DNA of 64,000 bases from Candidatus Omnitrophota bacterium (GCA_903944345.1 CAJARJ010000012.1:68266-132265); one strand, 5' to 3'. Counted from the stretch's first letter, positions 1 through 8,191 are shown. Translations and numbers: made by a program. The notes: generated by a model not told the origin, from the letters alone.

Positions 1-10
1 TCTCGTACTC

Positions 11-49
11 AAAGGGGCTCATGTAATCAAGTGTTGATTGAGCCCCTTT
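11..49. terminator. Hairpin, possible intrinsic terminator
   Basis: AAAGGGGCTCA...TGAGCCCCTTT inverted repeat. Confidence 0.45.
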
Positions 50-119
50 ACGATTATAGAACATCTCCACATATTCAAAGATCTTGCTTCTTGTTTCTTC
101 TCTGGTCCTAAACTTGTGT

Positions 120-203
120 TTAATTAGTGACACGCAGAATTGTTTCTTTCTTGTATCGTATAGATACGTAAATAAATGTAATAAAACAATTCTGTGTGTC
201 ACC
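120..203. repeat. Inverted-repeat element, copy 1
   Basis: GTGACACGCAGAATTGTT (127-144)...AACAATTCTGTGTGTCAC (185-202); both arms recur at 8069-8191. Confidence 0.9.
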
Positions 204-226
204 GATTATCTTTACCGATTATCTTT
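201..226 (+). repeat. 13-bp tandem direct repeat ACCGATTATCTTT x2
   Basis: Exact copies at 201-213 and 214-226, abutting the IR element. Confidence 0.8.
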
Positions 227-407
227 AGCCTATTTTCTTAAAACACGATTTTCTATCAAAAAACTGAAAACCGCACTACTAGAACGGAAATCCATAAAAA
301 TCTTAATCTTGCCCTCGTTAATCTATTTCCGAATCCCCCGATGCGGATTCGTGCTTCCTGATTAACTAGCTTTGGAGCTCCAATCCTTAATGAAACTTTT
401 TGCTGTA

Positions 408-1184
408 TTATTGCTTCCTTTGACCAAGATAAATAATTAAAGCAGAACAAAAATGAACTGTGAGCATAGCTTCCTGAAACTTTGGAGATTTCCCTTCTTT
501 AATATGCCTACCTTATTCGCTTGCAAAAGCCCACATTTTTTCAACAGCCGTATCAACTGGTTTAGGCAAATTGCGGTCTTTAATAAAAGCGCCTAATGTC
601 CCTTTAGAACCAGAAACTTCTCTCGCAAGGCATTCAAGTGAAGCCATACTATGTTGAATAGCTCCGGTAACATCAGGTTCCGGTCTTTTTGATAAATCCT
701 CTCCTGCATGTTTTAATTCATTTAAAGCAGTGGGTCGCCCAGAATCATGTAAAAGAGATTTGGCTTCAGTTGTTATTTGCTCATAATCGCCTTCACCTCG
801 CACGGAAAGCACTCCACCTTCCATCTTCCAGCCGATGCCTTTTTTAAGAAAGAAATTATTTAACCCTTTCTCGAAGAACCTATCTGTTGCATCTTTTCGA
901 GCAAAAATTTCACAAATATCATAAACTTCAAACCATTCACAGTTATCAATCAAACCTTCACATTCATTAAGGACATTAGGATCACTCCAATTTTGAGCTT
1001 CATCCGGCAAGGAATCTAGCGCCTCACAAATAATGCTGCGCAAAGCCCTTGCATTAAATCCGCTCTTTAATGCTACGGACAATATTCCTCTTCGCAGAAA
1101 ACCTGGGGCCTCATAACGAACAGTAATGGACACTGTAGGTGCTTGATACCCATGTCTCTCTGAAAATAAAGGTTTTGTATTCAT
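408..1184 (-). pseudogene. AbiJ-N-terminal-domain (NTD4-like) abortive-infection-type gene with in-frame TAA at 513-515
   Basis: N-terminus FSERHGY...ITVRYEAP resembles AbiJ-NTD4 proteins (recalled); the frame continues past the stop as GRHIKEGKSPKFQEAMLTVHFCSALIIYLGQRKQ* to 408. Confidence 0.65.
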
Positions 1185-1214
1185 AAGGATTATGTCGCGA
1201 ATAAACAATTACTT

Positions 1215-1547
1215 TTACCGCTCCTGTCCTTTCAATTTCCCAAGACCTGTATCAATCCAATCTATAATGCGATACGAATATCCGGCAATTCCGATAACTG
1301 TACCAATAGATAAAATTAAATCGACCTTATCCAATGAAGCAACCCGGAAATCTGGATTGCGAATCAAGAGAAGATATAAGCAAACCCACCCGGCTAACGA
1401 ACCTATAAACTCCGACAAAAAGATACCAGACGCCAATATTTTCTCTCCCTTCTTCCAGCTCTTTCCTTCTTCCACACAGCCATGAACACCCCAGAAAACA
1501 CTGGCAACAAGCGATATCCCCAAAAACAACCAAAAAGAAATTTGCAT
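1215..1547 (-). CDS. Small membrane protein (about 3 TM), unknown function
   Basis: 110-aa ORF with three hydrophobic segments, directly upstream of the AbiJ-like gene. Confidence 0.7.
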   Translation of the reverse strand: MQISFWLFLGISLVASVFWGVHGCVEEGKSWKKGEKILASGIFLSEFIGSLAGWVCLYLLLIRNPDFRVASLDKVDLILSIGTVIGIAGYSYRIIDWIDTGLGKLKGQER

Positions 1548-1710
1548 ATTATTCTCTCTTTCAGACTACCATCTTAATCCGTTTAATTGTACCCAATCCA
1601 TCGCTACGCGTTCATATTTCCAAAGATATAGGCCCTAACGCCAAATGAAGGAAAGAAATCATATTTTATCTTTCAAATTACAGTCCGAAACCTACTTTAA
1701 GTCAAATGTG

Positions 1711-2334
1711 TTAGACATTGCCAATATCTAATATCAAACGCGAACCATCCACCTCGGCTCCTATTCCGATTAAACGATCCCACCTCACGATATTGCCCTC
1801 TTTGCATTTATCTCTAAAACATTGAATCTGCTTAGCAAGATTAGAAATAGAATAAACTCGATATGTGATCCAAACCACTTCTCCTTTTGGTACAGATAAC
1901 GATCCAATAATCCGGTCATCCTCAGAACCTGGTTGTATAAAACCTGATTTTGTAATCCAAACATCCATTTCTGTTACCATATCGTCAGGCGCATTGGGTA
2001 TCCAACAAATGCCCTTCTTATGATCAACCTGATTAAGATTAACCTCAGATGATGGTGTAATAATGCGAAATGCTAATATTTCACCAGGTCTCATTTCCTT
2101 TGGGCGTTCCCAGATATCCAGATGCCTTATCTTTGACTTATCAAAAGTGTTTTCTGCGCTATCCCAATACTCTTCTGTAAATCCTATTTGCCAACTACCT
2201 GATTCATGCATACTTGCTTTCAAGGAACCTAAAGAACGACAAGTCAAATAGATATCTGGCGTTGTTTTGGACACAAAACAATTCCAAGTAGCCGCTTCAA
2301 AAGTTCCACTTTTAATGCCAAATCTTAAACACAT
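1711..2334 (-). CDS. Hypothetical protein
   Basis: 207-aa ORF in AT-rich DNA; no recognisable motif. Confidence 0.65.
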   Translation of the reverse strand: MCLRFGIKSGTFEAATWNCFVSKTTPDIYLTCRSLGSLKASMHESGSWQIGFTEEYWDSAENTFDKSKIRHLDIWERPKEMRPGEILAFRIITPSSEVNLNQVDHKKGICWIPNAPDDMVTEMDVWITKSGFIQPGSEDDRIIGSLSVPKGEVVWITYRVYSISNLAKQIQCFRDKCKEGNIVRWDRLIGIGAEVDGSRLILDIGNV

Positions 2335-2543
2335 CTTTTAGAACCCACTCTAAAGAACTTACCAATCGGACAATATTTAACAGATCAAACTTCTCTGCCC
2401 TAGAATTAAACTCAAATGAACCCATGCCAACTCCTCATCATCTAAAAACAAGATAATACTTCTTACCAATTCAATCTAATTTACCAATCTATATTAACCA
2501 AAATAAACACCTTACCAACCAATCCCACCCCTAATAAATAACT

Positions 2544-2656
2544 CCATTTTGCTTGGGGTTGTTCAAGACCCCTCCCCCTATCACAACCTATGGTTGAGGG
2601 GGTGGGGTCTTGAACGAACTGAAGAGCAAAGCGATTCAGAACCCCATGCAAAATGG
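2544..2656. repeat. Nested GC-rich palindrome (REP/MITE-like)
   Basis: Outer CCATTTTGCTTGGGGTT/AACCCCATGCAAAATGG; inner GTTCAAGACCCCTCCCCCT/AGGGGGTGGGGTCTTGAAC. Confidence 0.8.
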
Positions 2657-2738
2657 CAACTTAAGAAATCAAAAGATTACAGGAACATTTCCAATCTGTA
2701 ATTCAGCAGTAATAAATCTGTAATAAGAAACCCTGTAG

Positions 2739-2760
2739 AAAAAGCGCCAGAAGGCGCCTT
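2739..2760 (-). terminator. Intrinsic terminator after the CBASS-like operon
   Basis: Minus strand GCGCC-TTCT-GGCGC-TTTTT about 35 nt after the 2794 stop. Confidence 0.55.
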
Positions 2761-2793
2761 CAAAGACATTAAACTAACTTCAACCTAATCTTT

Positions 2794-3522
2794 CTAAACA
2801 GGCTCATCTTTCTTTTGCGCCTTAGCCGCAGCCAACACAAACGCACAGAGGCCAACAAAAATTGCTGCCGCTAAAGCCACCAACAATAACGGACACAAAA
2901 TTCCAGCGATCACATAAAGCAAGAAAAAGAACCCGTCCTTGAGCCAATTAAAACTTTGCTGTTTGACCTTCTTGGCGACAACATCAAACCAGATATCGTT
3001 ATAAAAGTCTATCGGCATGACCTTGTAAGGCGGATTCTCAAAGCAATAAGCATCCGCCTTCTGCAATCCAGTTGCAATTAGCTCAGAACAAAAATAGGAA
3101 TCATTTACATTAAAACAATCACCCAAAAACTTCTTGTCCAACAGGAAATGCAATCCAGCTGGAAGAAAGTTGAACAACGCGAAATAGATCAACGCCCGAA
3201 AATCATACTTCTTTGATTCTTCACCTTTACAAAAAGCTACAACCTTAGCGATAGCCTGTGCATTCGCTTTTATCGGTCGCAGCGCAAGCAGATCTAATTT
3301 CTCCGTCAAATACGCTTCCTTAAAACTCCTTTTGACGATTCCTCCAGGAAATGCCTCAACAACTTGTCCATATCCGATATATAGCGCCGCATGAGTCCAA
3401 CCACGATCCCCATACCCCCTTTTGAAGAAATTGGCCGTTCTGATCGGAAGCGACCCAAGCTCAAATCCCCTGCCGCAGGTCAAAACGACATCGCCCGGTT
3501 GAAGTTTTTCTTCTAAAGACAT
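2794..3522 (-). CDS. Permuted papain-like NlpC/P60 (YiiX/YaeF-type) enzyme with C-terminal TM helices
   Basis: LQPGDVVL, WTHAALY (His), YDF, YFCSEL (Cys) in permuted order; hydrophobic C-terminus; G-rich RBS. Confidence 0.85.
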   Translation of the reverse strand: MSLEEKLQPGDVVLTCGRGFELGSLPIRTANFFKRGYGDRGWTHAALYIGYGQVVEAFPGGIVKRSFKEAYLTEKLDLLALRPIKANAQAIAKVVAFCKGEESKKYDFRALIYFALFNFLPAGLHFLLDKKFLGDCFNVNDSYFCSELIATGLQKADAYCFENPPYKVMPIDFYNDIWFDVVAKKVKQQSFNWLKDGFFFLLYVIAGILCPLLLVALAAAIFVGLCAFVLAAAKAQKKDEPV

Positions 3523-3540
3523 AAATCCCCCCTCATGCCA

Positions 3541-3924
3541 TTAGGCTAAAAATACTGCCTGCTGACGATTTGCTGGCTGCTTAATTACCCAAAGACGATA
3601 CCCTTTTCCATCCGAGTCCGGCTCGCGATCTGGAAGATCTTCATGAGAAATGTATTCCCAATGCACTTCATCAAAGAAATAATGGTGCTCCCTGAAATAA
3701 TGATAAAGCAATACCGCTCGAGCAACATTATACGGTGACAAGAAATGATCAGGATGATGCTGCTTGATGTATTCAAGGTCTAAGCGAAAATGGTATTGAA
3801 AAGAATCTTCCACAATTTTCTGATGACAATTATTATCGCGATAGGAAACGAAACAAATAACATCATCCCAATCGACCCGATCCTGGCTTTGCCTTCCATA
3901 AACCTTCATACAAATCGGAACCAT
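3541..3924 (-). CDS. Hypothetical protein, His/Tyr-rich
   Basis: 127-aa ORF starting 3 nt after the CD-NTase stop. Confidence 0.65.
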   Translation of the reverse strand: MVPICMKVYGRQSQDRVDWDDVICFVSYRDNNCHQKIVEDSFQYHFRLDLEYIKQHHPDHFLSPYNVARAVLLYHYFREHHYFFDEVHWEYISHEDLPDREPDSDGKGYRLWVIKQPANRQQAVFLA

Positions 3925-3927
3925 TTG

Positions 3928-4755
3928 TTACTCCTCACTAAGCTCGCAAGGCAAAGGTAAGAATTCAGCAAACGCAGCCGCCGCTTCAGCCGCAAAGCCC
4001 TTATTCTCTAACGACTGAACACATTGAACAAAATCTTTCAATTTATGAATTAACTCGCGCTTCCTTTCGGCTTCCATGTATCCGATATCAAACCTATCAA
4101 CAAACCGATAGAAGTGAGCACATATTGATTTGGGTGATTCATCAAAAATTGATTCAGCACTCTCAACGATTTCAACCACCTTTTGTTCAATAAAGAACGA
4201 TTCAAAAAGATACCCATTCTTTGCATTCCAATATTTGATTATTCTGACCAGTGGCTTTATGAGCCCAGAAAATTTGGTGTTCACGCTGGAAAGCTTGTCA
4301 TTGAAACCTTTTGGATCTGTATCCATCCAGTCATCCCCACATAACGACTTTACTGGAATCTTCAGCCCGCCCGACCACCGAGATTTTCTTGCCGGAACCA
4401 ACTCAAAGTTAATATGATTCAACGACAATACGATTGCCGGCGCTGACTGCGCGATTTCAGATTTTGCATAGCTTGACTCGACAAAACGACGCAATCTATC
4501 TAAATACGTCTGTGGTCTATTATATGGATCAGCAAAGACTACCATTAAGTCCACATCCGAATTCTGATCGACACTACGAGGTAGAATAGTCCCTCGACTA
4601 TACGATCCAAAAATAAAGCTATCCACAATCTCTTGTCCCAAAGACGTATTTAGCCGCTCTTGTAACGTTGAAATTGATTTCTTAAGGCCGAGCTTCTCGC
4701 CATCGTCAACACCGACAAAATCGACCAATTCTAAAAGGTACCTATTTACCGACAT
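3928..4755 (-). CDS. cGAS/DncV-like nucleotidyltransferase (CD-NTase/SMODS) no. 2
   Basis: FGSYSRGT...SDVDLMVVF, third acidic residue in FELVPA, TDP, LVRIIKYWN; likely start MSVNRYL at 4755 overlapping the SLATT stop. Confidence 0.9.
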   Translation of the reverse strand: MSVNRYLLELVDFVGVDDGEKLGLKKSISTLQERLNTSLGQEIVDSFIFGSYSRGTILPRSVDQNSDVDLMVVFADPYNRPQTYLDRLRRFVESSYAKSEIAQSAPAIVLSLNHINFELVPARKSRWSGGLKIPVKSLCGDDWMDTDPKGFNDKLSSVNTKFSGLIKPLVRIIKYWNAKNGYLFESFFIEQKVVEIVESAESIFDESPKSICAHFYRFVDRFDIGYMEAERKRELIHKLKDFVQCVQSLENKGFAAEAAAAFAEFLPLPCELSEE

Positions 4756-5251
4756 GCCCCGCTCCATCCACTCCGTACTGCGATCTGCCGGAATCAATAT
4801 CAGTTTTTGCCAACTCATAATCTTTACGGCCCACCGCCAGTGCGGTCTGATTTAATTCATCTCGCATTCTGGACAATGACAATAACCGTTGCTTTGCGGC
4901 ATTAACATCTGCCTCCACCACTTCTATCTGCCTAAAAATACGTGCCGCATTTCGTAGGGCTAAATATTGTCCGCCATACGTTTTATGCTTTTCCGATCTT
5001 TCCGAAGGGCGTAAAAACGTCAACACTGTCGTTAATGCCGCCGATGCGACAGCACAGGCCACGGCCCAACTGGGAGCCTTCTGAACGACAGAAACACCAG
5101 CCAGTGCGGCAACAACAGAAGCAGGAATTCCAATTAACAAATGATACCCATTCCATCTATCTGCGGCGTTATATTGCCCCTTTGCAGAATGCTCCGAGTC
5201 TTCTTCGATTCTCTTTGCTTCCTTAATCATTTCCTGAATAATTTCAGCCAT
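4742..5251 (-). CDS. SLATT-domain 2TM effector
   Basis: SAKGQYNAADRW + TM1 (LLIGIPASVVAALAGV) + TM2 + P.ERSEKH...Y..LR pattern typical of SLATT; GGAGG RBS before 5251 (alternative start 5272). Confidence 0.85.
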   Translation of the reverse strand: MAEIIQEMIKEAKRIEEDSEHSAKGQYNAADRWNGYHLLIGIPASVVAALAGVSVVQKAPSWAVACAVASAALTTVLTFLRPSERSEKHKTYGGQYLALRNAARIFRQIEVVEADVNAAKQRLLSLSRMRDELNQTALAVGRKDYELAKTDIDSGRSQYGVDGAGHVGK

Positions 5252-5268
5252 ACCGCCTCCAAAATCAA

Positions 5269-6330
5269 TCAAAACGTTTCACCGAAGATTTGCCGCCAAA
5301 GTTCAATCGCCTGATCTTGATTTCCAACCTGCTCAGCCTCAAATGCCAACCGGGCAACGCCAGCCATCTTGTTGACAATAAAACGATGGTGATCGGAAAC
5401 ATCCCCCGGAGAAACCAATGGAGCTTGATTCACAAATGACGACAAACTCCCCGAGCTTATCGCGACATTCACGGCATAGAAAGCAAAAGCAACTGCTTCC
5501 GATACTTTTGCAGCATAGTTTCCAGCGCTATTTGAATCCAGAAACCTCCTCGCTATGGCGAGCTCAACATAGTATGACTGCAACGCTCCGTTCAGCGCCT
5601 CCTTGTTCCAAAACTTGAGTATTTTAATCGCCTTCTTATATGACCGAGCATTATTCTGATGAAGCTTATTAGCAATTTCTTTATCAACTTTCGGATTGGT
5701 TCTAATCCATCCGTCCTGTCCGTCGGGTATTAAATAAAATTTCGCTTCACTTATTGCATCTGGCCGCATAAGAAAACAGGGAACGACATCAAACCCGAGA
5801 CCATCTTCGTCCTCGGTTTCGCCATGGGCCATCGCAATTCTTACGGCCTCCCCGTCAGGACGTACATCTGTTCTCGGATAATGCCTCTGAAGAACAGCAG
5901 ACAACCCACTGATCAGCTTTCTGGAAGATATGTAACTTCCGGACATCCATCGGGCAGTCAGTAAGGGATTGCTCGATAAGACACCATCTGAAACGACTGT
6001 ATAGGGAAGGCGTAATCCATCTTGAAGATAATTGAGACTGTACCCATCTAAAGGAAAATAAATATCAATATCATCAAGCGGCCATATTTTTGTGTGACGT
6101 GCAAACGATCCACCTAAAAAATCCCGATCCTGAACTGACAACACACTCGGAAAAGTTTGATCATTCTGATACTCGGATGATAAAAAATCTCTCAAATGAT
6201 TCTGGCTGTCACTAGCTTTCGACCTAATCCCATCCTCTATATTGATCTGCTTCCTCAACAACTCATCAAATGCACCGTTGACAGCGCTGCTCGCGGATTC
6301 TTTCAAAATAGCATTCAGTAATGCGCTCAT
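5269..6330 (-). CDS. cGAS/DncV-like nucleotidyltransferase (CD-NTase) no. 1
   Basis: GGSFARHTKIWPLDDIDI, FDVVPC, YLIPDG..GWIRTNP, IKILKFWN, SYYVE, W..IFG C-terminus. Confidence 0.9.
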   Translation of the reverse strand: MSALLNAILKESASSAVNGAFDELLRKQINIEDGIRSKASDSQNHLRDFLSSEYQNDQTFPSVLSVQDRDFLGGSFARHTKIWPLDDIDIYFPLDGYSLNYLQDGLRLPYTVVSDGVLSSNPLLTARWMSGSYISSRKLISGLSAVLQRHYPRTDVRPDGEAVRIAMAHGETEDEDGLGFDVVPCFLMRPDAISEAKFYLIPDGQDGWIRTNPKVDKEIANKLHQNNARSYKKAIKILKFWNKEALNGALQSYYVELAIARRFLDSNSAGNYAAKVSEAVAFAFYAVNVAISSGSLSSFVNQAPLVSPGDVSDHHRFIVNKMAGVARLAFEAEQVGNQDQAIELWRQIFGETF

Positions 6331-6334
6331 CCTT

Positions 6335-6547
6335 CTACCTCCCGTTAATCAAATCATTAAGGGAGGCCACACGCTTATGGTCCAGCAATGTATCCAAATG
6401 CATATCGGCTCGAACGCCAAGATCTACACCATACTTCTTTTCGATAGTGCCAATATGAGTATCGCCTCGCTTCGCGCGAAGCGGTCCTGCTTCAGTTCTC
6501 GATCTGCAACCTCTCATACCTGGAGCATCGTTCTTACATTTACTCAT
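6335..6547 (-). CDS. Small basic protein (70 aa), first gene of the CBASS-like operon
   Basis: AGGAGG RBS before ATG at 6547; RSRTEAGPLRAKRGDT..GTIEKKYG; stop 4 nt before the CD-NTase start. Confidence 0.75.
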   Translation of the reverse strand: MSKCKNDAPGMRGCRSRTEAGPLRAKRGDTHIGTIEKKYGVDLGVRADMHLDTLLDHKRVASLNDLINGR

Positions 6548-6661
6548 GGGAACCTCCTGTGTTTTTATTTGATTAAACTTGACGATTCCCATGTTGACTG
6601 GTCTAATACAGACAAAAAGGGAACAGAAGTCTCGTTTCAAGCGACCTTCCAAATTTCTCTT

Positions 6662-6690
6662 AAGCCCTCGGTTGCCGCCGAGGGCTTTTT
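6662..6690 (+). terminator. GC-rich hairpin with plus-strand U-tract inside the predicted operon leader
   Basis: AAGCCCTCGG-TTGCCG-CCGAGGGCTT-TTT. Confidence 0.6.
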
Positions 6691-6751
6691 CTTTCTATAA
6701 ATAATGTCTTCTGTATATCATTTCCCACCATTAGTAGTATACATCTCTTAA

Positions 6752-6780
6752 AGAATACCAATATATTGATTTCCTGTCAA
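6752..6780 (-). promoter_or_regulatory. Sigma70-type promoter of the CBASS-like operon
   Basis: TTGACA-17 nt-TATTCT; spacer contains palindrome CAATATATTG. Confidence 0.6.
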
Positions 6781-6875
6781 GAATAAAAAACCACTCATAC
6801 GTGTGGCCACAAATCAATATCTTAAAAATTCCATGTTCTTTTACGCTTATAGCGTAAAACGTAAATAAAAAAATA

Positions 6876-7586
6876 TTACCGCTCTCTAAGATCACGGTAA
6901 CTATCAATACCATTAAGCTGAAGTTCAAAATCATCTTCGGCAAGCGACAACAGCCCCAAGTTCTGTAAACGAATTGTAGCCGCCTGTTTTGAAACGTCGA
7001 ACAACCTCACTAAAGTGTTAACCAAAAACTCGTGATCGTTAGACTTTGATCGAATCTGCTTTACACATTGTTCAAAGATCGACCGTGGCATTAGTAAGGC
7101 TGCCGCTCCCCGATTCGCTTGCCACTCCGTATAATCACCAACCTTGGGCTGATCGTTTCCAACGTCTTCCTTAATTGTATGATTATGACAGAACAGCCTC
7201 CCCGCACCTTGAAAAAGAGGGCCATGAACTAACGCGTGAAACGACTCATGAGCACATGTAAAACGAAAACGCCCGCGCACCTGAACAGCGTTTCTTTCCT
7301 TGTATAAGCCTGCGCTTATCCTAATTAAACATGACTTGTCTTGATTAAAGACAGTCGCGCCTAAGACCCCAGACGGCAAATCAGAATCATCAGGACTGTA
7401 CTCAACGCGCTCCTTAAATAGCCGGTCGATAAAATTTCCGACATCGATGGCAGGACGATTGACATCAATCTTGCCTCCGCAAAAGCGGTAGTACCGCTCC
7501 TCCATGAAGTCATCGATATCAGCTCCCGAACAGATTAACCTCCGTCCGTAAGTAGCCTGATTGTCTGTTATCCAACGCATTGCCAT
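6876..7586 (-). CDS. ImmA/IrrE-family zinc metallopeptidase (CapP-like)
   Basis: RFRFTCAHESFH (HExxH), EWQANRGAAALLMP, FDVSKQAATIRL. Confidence 0.9.
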   Translation of the reverse strand: MAMRWITDNQATYGRRLICSGADIDDFMEERYYRFCGGKIDVNRPAIDVGNFIDRLFKERVEYSPDDSDLPSGVLGATVFNQDKSCLIRISAGLYKERNAVQVRGRFRFTCAHESFHALVHGPLFQGAGRLFCHNHTIKEDVGNDQPKVGDYTEWQANRGAAALLMPRSIFEQCVKQIRSKSNDHEFLVNTLVRLFDVSKQAATIRLQNLGLLSLAEDDFELQLNGIDSYRDLRER

Positions 7587-7598
7587 ACTTTGCTCTCA

Positions 7599-7955
7599 TT
7601 ACTTGTCCAATTCCTTCTTTAAACGCTCAAGAACACCCGGGTCAGCTTGAGCCTTCTCTGCTATGCGACGAAACAACACCCCGACCTCTACTTCCTTGTT
7701 CACGGCATCTTCAATAATCGGGTCAACCTTGCCTGCCTTGCCCAACAGCTCTTGCACATCTAGATTCAAAACTTTCGCAAGCTGAACAACAACCTTCCCG
7801 GTTGGAGGATTGCGCCTCCCCTGCTCGATATCATTCAAATATGATACCGAAATGGCGTTTCCATCATCATTAAGTACGGCTTCGCAAACCTTGCGTAAAC
7901 TATATTCCAGCCTGAGCCGCTGTTGCTTTATATTTTGCCCAAATGTAATTACCAT
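7599..7955 (-). CDS. XRE-family HTH transcriptional regulator (CapH/ImmR-like)
   Basis: FGQNIKQQR...SLRKV...ISVSYLNDIEQGRRNPP...LAKVL. Confidence 0.9.
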   Translation of the reverse strand: MVITFGQNIKQQRLRLEYSLRKVCEAVLNDDGNAISVSYLNDIEQGRRNPPTGKVVVQLAKVLNLDVQELLGKAGKVDPIIEDAVNKEVEVGVLFRRIAEKAQADPGVLERLKKELDK

Positions 7956-7964
7956 GTCCTCATA

Positions 7965-7992
7965 AGCATACAGCGTAACGCTGGAGTGTCAA
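7965..7992 (-). promoter_or_regulatory. Promoter with palindromic operator upstream of the HTH gene
   Basis: TTGACA-16 nt-TATGCT; spacer holds the palindrome CAGCGT-N-ACGCTG (7971-7983); ATG only 9 nt after the -10. Confidence 0.7.
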
Positions 7993-8068
7993 GAAGAATA
8001 TTGGAGAACCACACTATGACTAATAAATATGGCGGGATTTTAAAACTTACGGATTATCAATATTCTAG

Positions 8069-8191
8069 TTAATTAGTGACACACAGAATTGTTTCTTGAC
8101 ATTCTTTACGACAATTAAACTTGTTGCACTCTGGATTTTTTCATTGCAGTAGAATGTAACAGAATGTGATAGAACAATTCTGTGTGTCACC
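8069..8191. repeat. Inverted-repeat element, copy 2
   Basis: Left 29 bp matches 120-148 (1 mismatch); right 29 bp matches 175-203 (2 mismatches); longer spacer than copy 1. Confidence 0.9.

Larger units (their letters stand above)
1..8191. mobile_element. Accessory defence island adjacent to tRNA-Asn (left boundary may lie outside the window)
   Basis: Visibly AT-richer than the flanking core genes; defence-type genes; next to a tRNA 3' end; repeat elements at 120-203 and 8069-8191; no integrase in the window. Confidence 0.7.

Noticed and set aside
1633-1716. attC-like boxes (GTCTAAC overlapping the 1711 stop ... GTTAGGG on the minus strand)
   Set aside because: Inner L-box complementarity is poor, no second site was found and there is no integron integrase in the window.
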